64,000 nt of DNA, from IMG/VR virus record IMGVR_UViG_3300017917_000894, positions 8,294-72,293 of that record. One strand, given 5' to 3'. How positions within the stretch are numbered: the stretch's first letter is position 1; every line of letters begins with the position of its first letter. The position numbers and the translations under genes were made by a program. Under the pieces are notes generated by a model. That model did no database searches. It saw only the letters and a program-made list of their open reading frames with translations, and was not told where the DNA came from. This document shows, in pieces, positions 32,101 through 41,317 of this stretch. The DNA is from a virus.

Positions 32101-35100
32101 ATATAAGGATTTTCTCTCTCGGTACTTTCTTCTAAAGCAAATTCATATTCTTTATAAGTTTCAAAACCGCCAAAATTACCTGCACGTATTGCCCATTCTT
32201 CTTTGTAGTCAATGATGCCTTGTCTTGTAAATGTTCCTGCCTTACTAATTTTATCTATTGCATTACGTGTTCCTTTTTCTCTAATAAACCCTTGATAAAA
32301 TTTATATTGAGTGATAGGATTTGTAAAGATATTAGATAGATAAGGACGTTGAGTATATCCCACTAGGCGTTGACTCAACTGTTGTTGTACGCTGTCAAAA
32401 TTATCGATATCTAAACTATAAAAATCTTCAAACTGATTAATCTTATAATCAAAGTTAGGTAACAGATCGGGAACGGGTTTTTCGTATAGTTTTGCCCATT
32501 TATTAAAATCAAACGATTCGACTGGATCAACATTAATTACGGCCTCATAATATGATCCATTATATCTAACTACAGAGCCAACTTGATAATATGTGTATTC
32601 CTGCCATTCGGCAATTTGAACATTATCGAAAATAAAACCAGGACTTGAATAATCTCCGTTCCAGTTAGCAGTCTTAAATCCAGAAAGTTTTACCCGACGC
32701 TGACGATATCCTGATTCAATATCGTATATTGTATCATTAAAAATAGTAGTATTATTGAACACCATCCCGTGTTCTTTTTGTACTAAGTGTAATACTGCAA
32801 AGAAAATTCCATCCTGTGTATCAACTGTTGAAATTGTACAAACACCATCTTCTCTGCTTAATGTAAATTTTTCTCTCGGAAATGCTCTACCATCAGCACC
32901 TAGTAGACTGTATTCATAATTTTTTCCCGTGATGTTATCTACAACAGAATTTGAAAACTTAAACTGTAGGCTATTAGCAAAAGGACTAAGAGTAATTAAA
33001 TTACCTTCGGACCAGTTTTGTGTAGTCCAATATAAAAATTCTTTTCCTGTGTACGTCCAGTCTAATACTTCTAAAAGATCAGTGTTGTATTCTTCAAATA
33101 TAAATCCGTCTTGTTCTAAGAAACGACCGTACCCTAGTACAAAATCAAATACAGCCTGATGGTTATCAAACTCTGTTCCATAAGGAATAATTGTGATTTT
33201 ATTTTCGTAGCCTGTTGGCAGTTCTGCCGAGACTCCACCAACGATAGGAAGACCGCTAAGACGCTGGAATAGGTTAGGGTCAAAGTCAGCACTAGCTGTA
33301 TGACCAGTTTTTACTCTGTAAAATTGATCGTTGTATCTTACAATCTGTCCCTGTTTATAATACTTGGTAGTATTTGTTTGAGCGCTGGTTAGATCGGCTG
33401 CGGTCAAACCGTTATTGCCGTAGGGAACAACTTCGATGTAATCGACAAATGGTGCCGAAACTCCACCAACGGTAATCGATTGGCTATTATTAGTTTTAAT
33501 TGGTTTATAAATTTGAAAATAAGGATTTGTTTTATCATATCCTCGTACAACAAATTTTCCGTTAACCAGTTGAACAATTATTCCAGATATGCGAGCAGCC
33601 TTAATAGGATTGCTGACATTTAGGATTAGAGAATAATCTTCTGGAGGTAACAATGCCCCTTTGCCAGTTGATACAGGATCAATACTATCAATAATTACCT
33701 GAAGTTTTTCTTTACTAGAGAATCCCCCTAGCTTATAGAAAAGATTGAAGTCGCAATAAGTTAAATCTCGAGTCAATATTTGAATATAATTCAAATCGAC
33801 TTGATTTCCCTTTTCAATAATTAAATTTCCAAATCCTGCTGCTTGATTGTTATCATTATCTAAAATTAATTTACTCGGAGCAATGTATAATTCGTTACTA
33901 TACAACAATTGATCAGAATTGTTAAATGATAGTCTACTTACGTCAAACATTACCGATGTATAAGTAGAAGGATTAAAAAGTGCAGCAAGGATGCTGAGAG
34001 CAAAAGGATAACTGCTACTTCTTCTCCATGCAAATTCTGCCGGACCGTAGTCGCCGAACTTCCAAGGACCTTTCTTAGATTGATAAGAAGAATCAGAAAC
34101 TAGGAAAGTATCTGGTGATTTTAAATTACCTGCAGAATCAACAGGAATAATTGATATTAATCCAGAACGTTTAAAATCATTTCTATATTCACCCGTTCCT
34201 CGAACAAATCCGTTTTCTAAATCGTTCCACAACACTGTATTATTAGAAGTGTAGGGAGCAGAACCGTAAGTTGATTGCCACCATGACGGTTCGCTTGTAA
34301 AACCTAACATCTCCCACGGATGTGTATTAGGTCTAACAGTGTCGTAGAAATATTCAAAAATTCCTTTCCAATTTCCAGGAATACTTTCACCAAAGATAGT
34401 GTCTAGTGCCTGATTATAATTGTATGTTAGCGGACTACCATCAATAAATGTTGAATTAGTTTCAAAGTCAACATTATAACTTCCTGCCCAGCGGATAAAA
34501 TCTTTTGTAAGGATATCAATAGCATCTTGCCTGCTGAACTTATCATTTCTAAAAGCGCCAGGTATTACTGCTAATACATCAAAAATTTTAGAATTGTATT
34601 CGACCTTAATATTATTAAAAATTCTTTTTTCAAATTCAAGTATTAAAACATCTCTATAATCATCAAATGCTTTAATAACGCTGCCGTCATGACACCTAAT
34701 TAATTTTATCGGAGAGTCTTGATACGATTCATCAAAATAAATTTCAGGTTCAAACTTAGGATACAAGCCTAGCTTGCTAGGTGTATAAGGAACGTATGAG
34801 CCTTGAGTATTTGAATAGGTATAAATTTTAACAATGTCAGTAGATGTTAGCGCAGAGCTAATTGTAATTGATTCATCAATCGAATCAATTGTATAATCTC
34901 TTCCAATTATTAATTGATCGTCGTTAACATAAACTGTAACTGCCTGAAAACTTAATGCAGAAGGATTATATTCTATTCCTAATGAATAAGTTCTGTTAAT
35001 TAATGGTCCTACAGTATATTCTTTAACAGTTCTATCAGAACCATAGGGAATCATATCAGACCTAAAATAAGGAGACCTATTATCTTTATTTTTGTTTATT

Positions 35101-37298
35101 AATTTTAACACTTCATCAACTGCATCTATCGGCAACAGTTGATCGTCGACCTTTTCTAAAAGTCGAATAAAATTCATTTTATATTGAATATACTGATCAG
35201 CGCCGTGTCGGAGTGCAGTTACTAAATTATGCTCAGATTTACCTAAAAATATTTCAGTAAATGCAATAGGATTTTTGTTAATAACTAAACGCTTACCATA
35301 TTTTGAAATATCAGCTATGTCTCGTAGGTTTCCTGTGCCGGGAAATTGTCCTTCAAACGAAGAAATTTTTCCAACCATAGTTCCAACATGATCAGATAGT
35401 TCGCTAAGAGTAAAATCAGCAATATCAGAATTTAAAGGATTGTTAGTTAAACTTAAAGGGGTTTCATAATACCCATTGCCATTAGGTATTTGATCAGTAA
35501 AAATTTCAAATTTTACCACATCATTAACTGCTAAAGGTTCTGCAAAGTTTACTTCAATAGAATTTCCAAATGCCGTAGTGCTAGTAACTCTAGAATTGTT
35601 TACATAAGAAATTATTTCTGTAGATGTAATATAAGGTTTATCTAAACTTGTAATAAACAAAGTACTGGTAGACTCTTCTACTGTTTGTAATTCAACGATA
35701 GGAATTTGCGTATCTTCTGCAATTTTCCAAACATTGATCAAAGACTCTGTATCATCAATATTATTAATTTTTAGATAACCGATGCCAGTTTTTATGACTC
35801 GACTCTTACCGCCTTCGGTAATATTAACAGTGTCAGTCATAAAATAATTGTGGAACAAATAACTTCCTATTCCTATGCTATTTTGATATTTTAAAGGAAA
35901 CCCTAAAACTTCATCATTGACTCCTGTCCCGATAGCATACCCGAAAATCTTAGTTCCCTGAAAATCATTGATCGACCCTGCTTCGGTATAACTAATTCCA
36001 TTTGTATCGTAAAGATCAAAAAGAGGTGCTTGATTTAGTCTATCGTGTTGTTGACTTAATTTCCAAGTTAACTCGGCTTCAGAATAATAAAAACTTTTAC
36101 CTCCATAAGCAGTTCCGTAATTAACAGATACAGAATCCATATTATCTGGAGTACTGACCAATACTAAATTAATAGTTGGTGTTTCACCTAGTGTAAAGTC
36201 AATTTGATAAATTTTATTTTTAATATCTTCATTACTGTCGGCAGTAAAAATAACACGCTGTCCTTGCTCTAATAAGATACCGTCAACATAATATCCAGCA
36301 GCACCCTGAACTGTAGCAAGTGCATTTTCTGTAGTATCATCAATTACATCTACATTTTGTTTTCCGATACGACCAAAGTTATACAATTGAAGATTTGCTT
36401 TAAATTCAATAATTGGTCTTCTAGCCTTAGCCTGTACTGATAATTCTAAGATCTGATTATTAATTTCAGCTGATATTTTAAGAACATCTTTATGGAACCA
36501 ACGATTATATCTAGTCCAAGGATTTAAATCTCGACTGGCCTTGTTAATTGTAATATATTCGGGATCGACAGGTAACTTAACGTCACTGTCGTATGGATAA
36601 TCATCAAATCCGTCAGAGTCAAATGTTTCGTTATAAACAGTTGCATAATTTTCGTTGACTTGCAGGTTATCAAAATTAACCAGTTGAATCGCTGATCCAA
36701 CTCCTTCTACAATGTACTCTCTTCCTTCGACAATTGTTGCAGTAGTCGAAGCAGTTGATTGTGTAAAGACAACTTTCAATCCGTTTGAAACTTCGTGTCC
36801 GCTAGGTAATGTAAAAGATGGTTGATTAATTAAATTGACTAGAACGTCAAATGAAGTATTGTCGATAAGAACAGCATCAGGACCATTAGGCATCCAATAA
36901 TAATCACTATAGTTGATTAATTTGTCCCAATCAATTAAAGGATCATACGAATAGTACGAAGACCTTAAAATTTTATCTAAGTTTTCAGTTTTTGCACCTT
37001 GAATAGTTAGTTCGTTGATAATGTCGTCAAAACCAATAACGTCATTGATGTTATTAATAGAGTCTTTAAAAACAAGTGCAGGTTCTAGTTGATAATTTTT
37101 TCGTAGTGGTAGATCTTCTTTTAGATAGATATCGGTTGTTGGATTATAATTAGGAGTTAATTTTGAACCTACATAACCATCGATTCTTTCAAGCTGAGGG
37201 GTAGCAATTAATTGATCAATGGTGCTAGATAAAAATTTTCTATTTTTATCTGATCGTAAATGCTCTGGTAAAAAATTAACCGATTTTTTATCTGACAT
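23184..37298 (-). CDS. Giant (4704 aa) virion structural protein, probably baseplate/adhesin
   Basis: Uninterrupted 14.1-kb ORF directly downstream of gp6. Contains FG-GAP-like repeats, CBM5/12-like modules and NPGxGY repeats. Confidence 0.8.
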   Translation of the reverse strand: MSDKKSVNFLPEHLRSDKNRKFLSSTIDQLIATPQLERIDGYVGSKLTPNYNPTTDIYLKEDLPLRKNYQLEPALVFKDSINNINDVIGFDDIINELTIQGAKTENLDKILRSSYYSYDPLIDWDKLINYSDYYWMPNGPDAVLIDNTSFDVLVNLINQPSFTLPSGHEVSNGLKVVFTQSTASTTATIVEGREYIVEGVGSAIQLVNFDNLQVNENYATVYNETFDSDGFDDYPYDSDVKLPVDPEYITINKASRDLNPWTRYNRWFHKDVLKISAEINNQILELSVQAKARRPIIEFKANLQLYNFGRIGKQNVDVIDDTTENALATVQGAAGYYVDGILLEQGQRVIFTADSNEDIKNKIYQIDFTLGETPTINLVLVSTPDNMDSVSVNYGTAYGGKSFYYSEAELTWKLSQQHDRLNQAPLFDLYDTNGISYTEAGSINDFQGTKIFGYAIGTGVNDEVLGFPLKYQNSIGIGSYLFHNYFMTDTVNITEGGKSRVIKTGIGYLKINNIDDTESLINVWKIAEDTQIPIVELQTVEESTSTLFITSLDKPYITSTEIISYVNNSRVTSTTAFGNSIEVNFAEPLAVNDVVKFEIFTDQIPNGNGYYETPLSLTNNPLNSDIADFTLSELSDHVGTMVGKISSFEGQFPGTGNLRDIADISKYGKRLVINKNPIAFTEIFLGKSEHNLVTALRHGADQYIQYKMNFIRLLEKVDDQLLPIDAVDEVLKLINKNKDNRSPYFRSDMIPYGSDRTVKEYTVGPLINRTYSLGIEYNPSALSFQAVTVYVNDDQLIIGRDYTIDSIDESITISSALTSTDIVKIYTYSNTQGSYVPYTPSKLGLYPKFEPEIYFDESYQDSPIKLIRCHDGSVIKAFDDYRDVLILEFEKRIFNNIKVEYNSKIFDVLAVIPGAFRNDKFSRQDAIDILTKDFIRWAGSYNVDFETNSTFIDGSPLTYNYNQALDTIFGESIPGNWKGIFEYFYDTVRPNTHPWEMLGFTSEPSWWQSTYGSAPYTSNNTVLWNDLENGFVRGTGEYRNDFKRSGLISIIPVDSAGNLKSPDTFLVSDSSYQSKKGPWKFGDYGPAEFAWRRSSSYPFALSILAALFNPSTYTSVMFDVSRLSFNNSDQLLYSNELYIAPSKLILDNDNNQAAGFGNLIIEKGNQVDLNYIQILTRDLTYCDFNLFYKLGGFSSKEKLQVIIDSIDPVSTGKGALLPPEDYSLILNVSNPIKAARISGIIVQLVNGKFVVRGYDKTNPYFQIYKPIKTNNSQSITVGGVSAPFVDYIEVVPYGNNGLTAADLTSAQTNTTKYYKQGQIVRYNDQFYRVKTGHTASADFDPNLFQRLSGLPIVGGVSAELPTGYENKITIIPYGTEFDNHQAVFDFVLGYGRFLEQDGFIFEEYNTDLLEVLDWTYTGKEFLYWTTQNWSEGNLITLSPFANSLQFKFSNSVVDNITGKNYEYSLLGADGRAFPREKFTLSREDGVCTISTVDTQDGIFFAVLHLVQKEHGMVFNNTTIFNDTIYDIESGYRQRRVKLSGFKTANWNGDYSSPGFIFDNVQIAEWQEYTYYQVGSVVRYNGSYYEAVINVDPVESFDFNKWAKLYEKPVPDLLPNFDYKINQFEDFYSLDIDNFDSVQQQLSQRLVGYTQRPYLSNIFTNPITQYKFYQGFIREKGTRNAIDKISKAGTFTRQGIIDYKEEWAIRAGNFGGFETYKEYEFALEESTERENPYIVKFVNTDPTDKNPLINYTSSTGLLIKPNDFDASQIFSVYSDSTFIDNNIKLLSAGYVNPDHVVATAYNKDSLLDIANNSAVKDRDTIWLGFLENGDWDVYRYTRQKAKISGVFVSAPAEEITFVTDFHHGLLVGDIVSVVAFNNQVNGVYRVTGVPELNQFTVASELSTIVNEELLAFGALFKFETARFSDFEQISNVKNLFRLGQGDKIWIDQAPEKWAVYEKVDNYKVALTVNSPAIPSAQQLGHTIYANEDSPIVLISSPSWSLPIYDSEGRIAVFERFEDEVSKQFEYILNSDGKIYCENNTATDFGYSLGYDINKELFLAGAPAASKVRSSTSTTATIVVSTGTGTFKSFDNQGLIKISSRKQLIDFEETKLVLLAPGTYSDTTEKAANLRYGHSLYTNQVSAQNSTTFLVGAPGDGVVNTSTGHVFCYYINTTTTGSVLVTQHSQGIVLNSNVILDSKSQFGEKISGSTNGNFIAVSAPGHVEGTTATGVVQIYNANLSWKQTLYSPFGTTDVFGHDIEVSPSGKFLIISSKETREAGQVYGKIAIYTATNLTSTGTYVLRQIIENPETTNDLKFGQSISISKDELSLVVSSIGVNRSKQSQFDINTRDGETTFDSDTTRFFSPISDAGSVYLYNNFGDYFVIADELKNNNIVDGSRYGYSLATTNRSIFVGAPWYAEGTGEDKSTFFQYTKIDQNKTSWNLLAYQEDLVDVNTINRVALIDSKNETIIEYLDAIDPIKGKVAGIAEQEIKYKTAADPAVYTIGTVGTVNDDQTNWIDEHVGELWWDVSTAKYMWYEQGSEIYKKNNWGRLFPGASIDVYEWVKSDLLPSEWAAQADTNEGLVRGISGQPKYPDNSILSVKQVWNSLTNSFNNVYYFWVKNKVTVPDVKNRRISSYQVASLIADPVANGIKHVMVLAKDSVAFANINTSLVGSYIHANIAVDSTNNSVPRHTEWILIREGDPNSIPTPLLNKKLFDSLLGHDEQGKLVPDPDLSFRSKYGIGIRPQQTLFKDRLQALRNLIDYTNSVLIDEKITGNFSFENLLSFEQIPDITDQEYDLLIDDISELELIDTTKFERAQLVCDLYNGKIVSVEITNPGFGYSVAPTVKIASNTGNGAVIKTEIDAVGRVVGATIEDNGQNYVDITLEVRSHSVVVSADSNYGGRWTKHDFEYRNRYWIRTRTQSYNTPLFWKYVDWIKDTYDGYKDYRYVVDNTYELSRITEIDPGDYVKIKNYGDGRYIILERVADDQVGDYSTSYDIIYSERGTIQILDTIWDYTQSDYSYDVGTLEETLYDQLPDLELNFILTALKDDIFIKNLKVYWNLFFFKALKYALTEQKLLDWAFKTSFISVTNTIGELDQRSVYKLDNEKYFEEYINEVKPYRTKVRNYVSEYTYLENTGIHTTDFDLPSYYNPLTGNFETVSLGNSLLNEYPRKDWYDNYKYEVTDVLIANGGSGYTQRPIVVFTTATGDTGSGAAAEAYLRNGEIYNIVVTNPGSGYVTPPIISLINGGSNVVSATMSVVIGNNPVRKNNIKLKFDRIGLNNEIGESVITETFTCPGEVSSFELKWLADPDKSTIVPLLDKKLVLGADYTIEYYRVRDNGSTKKYCRFKFLNYLPGLGQTLQVTYKKNIELYNAVDRIDNFYNPTEEMPGKELPLLMSGAEYSSSVIQGLTFDYSPPWGQGIYDVNSAWSDLTDYYASSYLIKTAPYGTSTLFLSTLTGISVGQKITLTNTATNYIKKNMSVASVNTATKSINLTDYRFRIKRIWADTLTTTGTVVFYTTEYFGGDIKVGDIADISGVNNATLTGFNGRYVVTGVGNDRFTAVGTGSHATSVLSTTSARTLSTTASVYIPSVLQEINTWTVYEIYRNIDTVSNTSTVFYDTGIPYNAASTASVYLNGDTNSLPNYPVLAEYYLTSATATGNLGVTIFLQGTTNILDVVVHGYPKIEFWKDNFNVNGVDTELSAGSWDSAGNFVGALGVSPVDLVRDGAGFISVEHGHAPEEHVKGNVLDSVGISVYTQDNFSSPLVVSGTVPVYQGVTSVSKLSQKINEAVGITVEYKGAIFDRLTETPDPETVGPYYSPEAAVPIGVTGSPIASAAGDDTFTGPYSLGFGWNMFGTVYNEVYVGTNGYLTFGGGDNEYTPLNINALENPSIMVMYCDLWQAIGIFDQPLENGQAPGLWFDSGTVGNFNYWRLRFQGSHYQYRNNSPELPTYQYEVGLYSDGTNQYVEMIFENTWREVATLTNEPGFITGIASPNGAENVEVSWTSIQNNTSHVFYSTSDGGDWRYAGQGRFDPNKDPFNFTATNQFFVYEDKLYIAPQLSDGRAGYTMITMGGSYYLDSNIASVVGESSVAIPSLSSIEDVKSAYVTVNGVQIDSINTTTDYGYMLEPYGDNNNRASVKIYNMSTGSVNAQAWFFGINYPEFNGMWTEIFAIDTATSLLTITNMVSTLEPISSQILVEHEPSFGQGRYRLYPPDVTYYQIGGNQLTYDIGPEMQPPGTYDINNVKVYANGVQLRSGFDYTVDGNNGQIVLAYGLLANGDTIAIESLLDYDYVVMGNQVIFSNPSQLASGSVKLTTFKDNSGIMLRSERFNGNASGRYVLSLPALSASYIWVYINGSQITAGSQYELLPDLKTVQLSELIVADPGDEILITVINSPKNTNIVLGYRMFKDIFDRNNYTRISEFYSTRLTKELNVDDIEIEVEDSSRLIPPNPAQNVPGVIYIDSERVEFFEKRDNKLSNLRRSMYGTGPATFSEIGTKVVDQSLQQQIPYADKMFKQYHVTSSTTGTYVLTTVTNTYNTYTFVISTSSFEFNTGSIYASWGDGVQLKNSAAYKDQITVRYGGRPLRKNSIEVHDRTVSYYTTVTSLVTLPPEFEVEYNSTTGNYELKLNIADFVPGVRVDIGHTTGTVWQGTMTSLLVADSIQAEFIRFKTAELPDEYYYGGTPALTDNANFELTDDDDNPLEGY

Positions 37299-37299
37299 A

Positions 37300-40200
37300 T
37301 TAACTTCCGGTACCTGTTTCTATATTTGACAATTTAAGCTGTGCTGCGGTAATTCCATCAATAACTTCAATATCATTGATTGAAACTCCGCTAATAAAAA
37401 TTTCATCCGACTGGCATGCTACTTCATAAAGGCTACCAAAACTATTATTATTTTTAGGAACAATAACAAAGTTTGTAATATCTGGTGTGAGACTATTCAT
37501 CACATACGCAGACAACTCGCTAAAATAAAATGTTTGTCCAAAGTTCCAATTTTCTAAAGCAAAAAATTGATTTATCGCATTTAATATTCTAGTTTTAATA
37601 TCATTATCAGTTGTTGCTCTATCTTGATTTCTAACTGCCTTAAACACTGCCTGAAGATTTGCTTCTGCTGTATTGCCAAACAATACTTTGTATTTTACAG
37701 GATGAAAAACAATTTCATCGCTAATTGCTTTAATTGGCTCTAGCTTTGATCTATAATTAGTTTCTAAACTTTGACTTGTTGGAGGTAAAGGTTTTGCATC
37801 TAGGTTACCTGATAACCAACTTCTGTATTCGTTATCATAAGAAACTGTTAAAACGTATACATCAATTAAATTTGTCTTAGATGGGTCGACTCGTCTGTCA
37901 TCTCCGCTGTTATGTACATAATGAAATTTTAGATCAGAACGACCTTGTTTACCAACATATTCATCGGTATAAACTAATGATGATGTTAAAGTTGACCAGT
38001 ACTTGACTACATTTTCATTTACGCCATAAAAATAAAATAAGTCGCCGTCATTAATAGGTTGGCCCAAAGATTCTTGATTGAGTTTATAAGAACTCCAAGA
38101 AGTTTCAGTTTCGATAGCATCTCTCACAGTTTCGTCAAGATTATATCTTAGACCGTCTGCTTGCTTTTTAAAATATATAAAACTGCTGCCGACAATTCTT
38201 TCAAAAGAATCAGGATCTGATATTTGACCAGTATTGTTGTTATCATAAAAACTAATAACAACTTTTTTCGGATCTATATAACCGTCGCTTTCAACAACAG
38301 CCTTATCAATCTGCCAAACTAAATCAGTGCCTATCTGTCCGGATAGATTAGAAGACTGCACCCATACACCAGATTCATTTTTAAAAATTTTGTTTGTCAC
38401 AGTATTAACGTAGAAGTCTCCAGACAACCCTAAAGAGCTTGAAGGATTAGACCCGCCGCCATACCATGTAGAATTAGTCGCAGGTTGAGGGTTTACAGAC
38501 AATACTTCAATTTTATCTTTAATAACAGTGTTAGAAATAAAGTCGTAATTAATAGAAGATTGATCGACAAAGAAAGATACTTGATCTTTACTCTCAAATG
38601 TATATTCTAATGTGCGATACCTAACTCGATATTTTTTGCCTGTCCAAGTAAACGAAATAAGCCAACTAGAATCTAAACCAAGATCTTCAACATTGTTTTG
38701 TGTACTTAGACTAAACTCGTCAGTAAGATTAACATTAGAATTTAAAATTAACGACCAACTTCTTGACACATTGTCGATTGTTAATCCAAAATTTCTTTGT
38801 GATTGACAGAAATTAACAATTTCGTTTTCTAATGCAAATCCTAGAACGCTTACATACTTAGGTAACACTTCTACGGGAATAGCACCGCTAGGAACTTTTG
38901 TTCCTAAAATTATAGGACCAGTTCCGTCATCCAATCGACCAATACCGCCGTTTGATCCATCGCCTATTATCTGTTTAACAGATGCCCAAATATATGTTTT
39001 TCCGTTTGCTGGTAAAACATTGTTTGACGGAATATTTTTTAAATTATTATTTTGATCAAAGTACTTTCCGTTAGGACTAATAAATTTTATTAGGGCGCCT
39101 GCTTCTGAATATCTTAAATTAGATTCAGAAAAAGTACCGACAGAAGTGGGGCCAGCTAAACTATTAAAATAACCCCTACTTTGTCCAGGAGTGACATTTA
39201 CTTCTACCCACGTTAAACTCAGACTAGACAGATTATAGTAATCATATTTGTCATAATAAAAAGATCGCATTGCAGCCGAAGCTACAATTTCAGATAGATT
39301 ATTTTTTATGATTGCAGTAATTTGATTTCTATTTGTAAATTCAAATTCAAAAAATTCTTCTTTAAAATTTTTGTAAAGTATACCGTCAGACGCAAATACA
39401 TCCACAGGACTGTATCTTCCTGTGATATCTTTAATATCAAAATATTTGCTTAATCCGCTAGATACTCTGTTTACACTTTTTACCTTTAGAATGTCAGTAC
39501 CGGCAGTTAGAGGACCAATATTATAATCCTCGCCAGTAATCATTCTGTTCTGCAGATAATAGGCCTGCGGTGCCTTGAGCTGTATGTTAGCATTTGTTTC
39601 AGTGCCAGCGGCATTAGAAACTGTATACTGCAAGCTCATTGTTAGTTTAAGTGTGTGAGATTGCCCTAGACCGTTTAAGTAAGGAACAGAAATTTCTATT
39701 CCAGTTAACTGCTCAGGTTTAATGACATAGTCTAAGCCGTTACTTTGACGATAGAACAATCTAAAATCACCTTTAGGTAAATCTCCGAATACTCCATCAG
39801 CAAAATTTAAATCGATTTGATCTTCATCTCGTGTGCTTACTGCATATATTGTTCTAAGACTATTTTGTAAACTGTTGTAAATGATATTATTTCCCACTAA
39901 AGCAGGAACCTGAGTCCATAAAGTAGAAAAATTACCATTTTTATCCAATTGCCATAACCAAATATCGGTGTTATTAATATCCGGAGTGTTAACACCTACA
40001 ATTTCATTAGGTACAGGATTATCTAAACTAAAGGTAGCTAAACTTATTGAGCCTTGTCTAAAATGTGTAAAGAATCCGGTATTTTCGCTAGCAGAACCTT
40101 TATTGTCATTTCTATAAATCATGCTAAATGCGTCTGCAGGCTTAGGAGGTTGTTCGTAAATAAAATCTTTTCCTGCAAAGGTGCAAGGAACGATTTCAAA

Positions 40201-40824
40201 ACTCATAGGAATACCGTTAATGTTTTTGTTAAAACTAAAAACAGGAACATCTTCATTTGAGCTGTTTATTTTATACTGCTCTGTATAAATGCCGGTAATA
40301 GTATCTCTATCAGCAGGGTTACCAAAATTTGAAGTCATTGCTGAATTCATAATATTGACAAACTGTTGATACCAGTCTGGATTAGTTGGATCATTCCAGC
40401 TGATCACTGTATTTGCTAAGTTAGTTCCGTTGCTATCGTAGACATTGTCTGATGTCGAAACCGCAGTAATTTTTAATAGGCCGTTAGCAGGAATATTTCT
40501 GGTTGGGCTATAACTAATTAATTGAGCTAATCTTAAGATGCTATCACGACGCTGTGCTGTTTCTAAGAAGTTTTCTCTAGCATTAAGATCAATTCTAAAA
40601 CTTAGATTTTGTCCGAGATAGGCAATAACGTCAATAAGAGCAATATATTCACTGCTGTCAATAAAATCATTAAATTCTTCAGGATAGTTTTCCTGAAGGT
40701 ACTGAATCATAGTACGGCGTAGCGTTTCAAAATCGTAGCTTTTGAAATCTGCATTTCTAAAAGATTGGTAAATTTTCTTCCAATCTTCTGCTACAAGTAC
40801 CTTGGTATTAGTTGCTGGAATCAT
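37300..40824 (-). CDS. Baseplate wedge subunit, gp6-like
   Basis: DFETLR, ENFLETA.RRDSILRLA..ISY and AP..Y..QNRMIT.EDY are gp6/BW motifs. Confidence 0.85.
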   Translation of the reverse strand: MIPATNTKVLVAEDWKKIYQSFRNADFKSYDFETLRRTMIQYLQENYPEEFNDFIDSSEYIALIDVIAYLGQNLSFRIDLNARENFLETAQRRDSILRLAQLISYSPTRNIPANGLLKITAVSTSDNVYDSNGTNLANTVISWNDPTNPDWYQQFVNIMNSAMTSNFGNPADRDTITGIYTEQYKINSSNEDVPVFSFNKNINGIPMSFEIVPCTFAGKDFIYEQPPKPADAFSMIYRNDNKGSASENTGFFTHFRQGSISLATFSLDNPVPNEIVGVNTPDINNTDIWLWQLDKNGNFSTLWTQVPALVGNNIIYNSLQNSLRTIYAVSTRDEDQIDLNFADGVFGDLPKGDFRLFYRQSNGLDYVIKPEQLTGIEISVPYLNGLGQSHTLKLTMSLQYTVSNAAGTETNANIQLKAPQAYYLQNRMITGEDYNIGPLTAGTDILKVKSVNRVSSGLSKYFDIKDITGRYSPVDVFASDGILYKNFKEEFFEFEFTNRNQITAIIKNNLSEIVASAAMRSFYYDKYDYYNLSSLSLTWVEVNVTPGQSRGYFNSLAGPTSVGTFSESNLRYSEAGALIKFISPNGKYFDQNNNLKNIPSNNVLPANGKTYIWASVKQIIGDGSNGGIGRLDDGTGPIILGTKVPSGAIPVEVLPKYVSVLGFALENEIVNFCQSQRNFGLTIDNVSRSWSLILNSNVNLTDEFSLSTQNNVEDLGLDSSWLISFTWTGKKYRVRYRTLEYTFESKDQVSFFVDQSSINYDFISNTVIKDKIEVLSVNPQPATNSTWYGGGSNPSSSLGLSGDFYVNTVTNKIFKNESGVWVQSSNLSGQIGTDLVWQIDKAVVESDGYIDPKKVVISFYDNNNTGQISDPDSFERIVGSSFIYFKKQADGLRYNLDETVRDAIETETSWSSYKLNQESLGQPINDGDLFYFYGVNENVVKYWSTLTSSLVYTDEYVGKQGRSDLKFHYVHNSGDDRRVDPSKTNLIDVYVLTVSYDNEYRSWLSGNLDAKPLPPTSQSLETNYRSKLEPIKAISDEIVFHPVKYKVLFGNTAEANLQAVFKAVRNQDRATTDNDIKTRILNAINQFFALENWNFGQTFYFSELSAYVMNSLTPDITNFVIVPKNNNSFGSLYEVACQSDEIFISGVSINDIEVIDGITAAQLKLSNIETGTGS

Positions 40825-40872
40825 GTTTTTTAGTATCCGATACCATATTTATGGAAAAATTATCTGGGTATT

Positions 40873-41310
40873 TTATTGTGCCAGAAGTCCTAAGTTCTGA
40901 TCAAATGCCAATCGCATTTTAATAGACTGGTCTGTGTTTTTCATTTGCAAAGTAATTTCTATTAAGAATCCTTGCTCGTATTCTCTAATATCAATCTGTA
41001 AAGGATAAACTCTGGGGTCAAAAGTACAAATTGTCTGAATATCTTGCTTGAGTAATTCTCGAACCTTCTCAGTCATTGGTTCCATTATGAGGTCCCATAT
41101 GATTGTTCCGAAGGCTGGATTCATCACTCTACTACCCTTCCTGGTATTAAAATGATTTAATATGTCTTGTTTGATTAGATCGAAGTCGTAGAGCTTTGAA
41201 CCGTAGTTTGTAGGATCTACGGTACTAAAACCTTTATAAAATTGTTCCTGTCTCTGCGTATGCTGTTGACTATAATTAGGAACATTGATTTCTAAATTCT
41301 TGTAGGGCAT
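40873..41310 (-). CDS. Baseplate wedge/sheath initiator, gp25-like
   Basis: LIKQDILNHFNTRKGSRVMNPAFGT..DPRV. Confidence 0.88.
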   Translation of the reverse strand: MPYKNLEINVPNYSQQHTQRQEQFYKGFSTVDPTNYGSKLYDFDLIKQDILNHFNTRKGSRVMNPAFGTIIWDLIMEPMTEKVRELLKQDIQTICTFDPRVYPLQIDIREYEQGFLIEITLQMKNTDQSIKMRLAFDQNLGLLAQ

Positions 41311-41317
41311 ACGTTAT

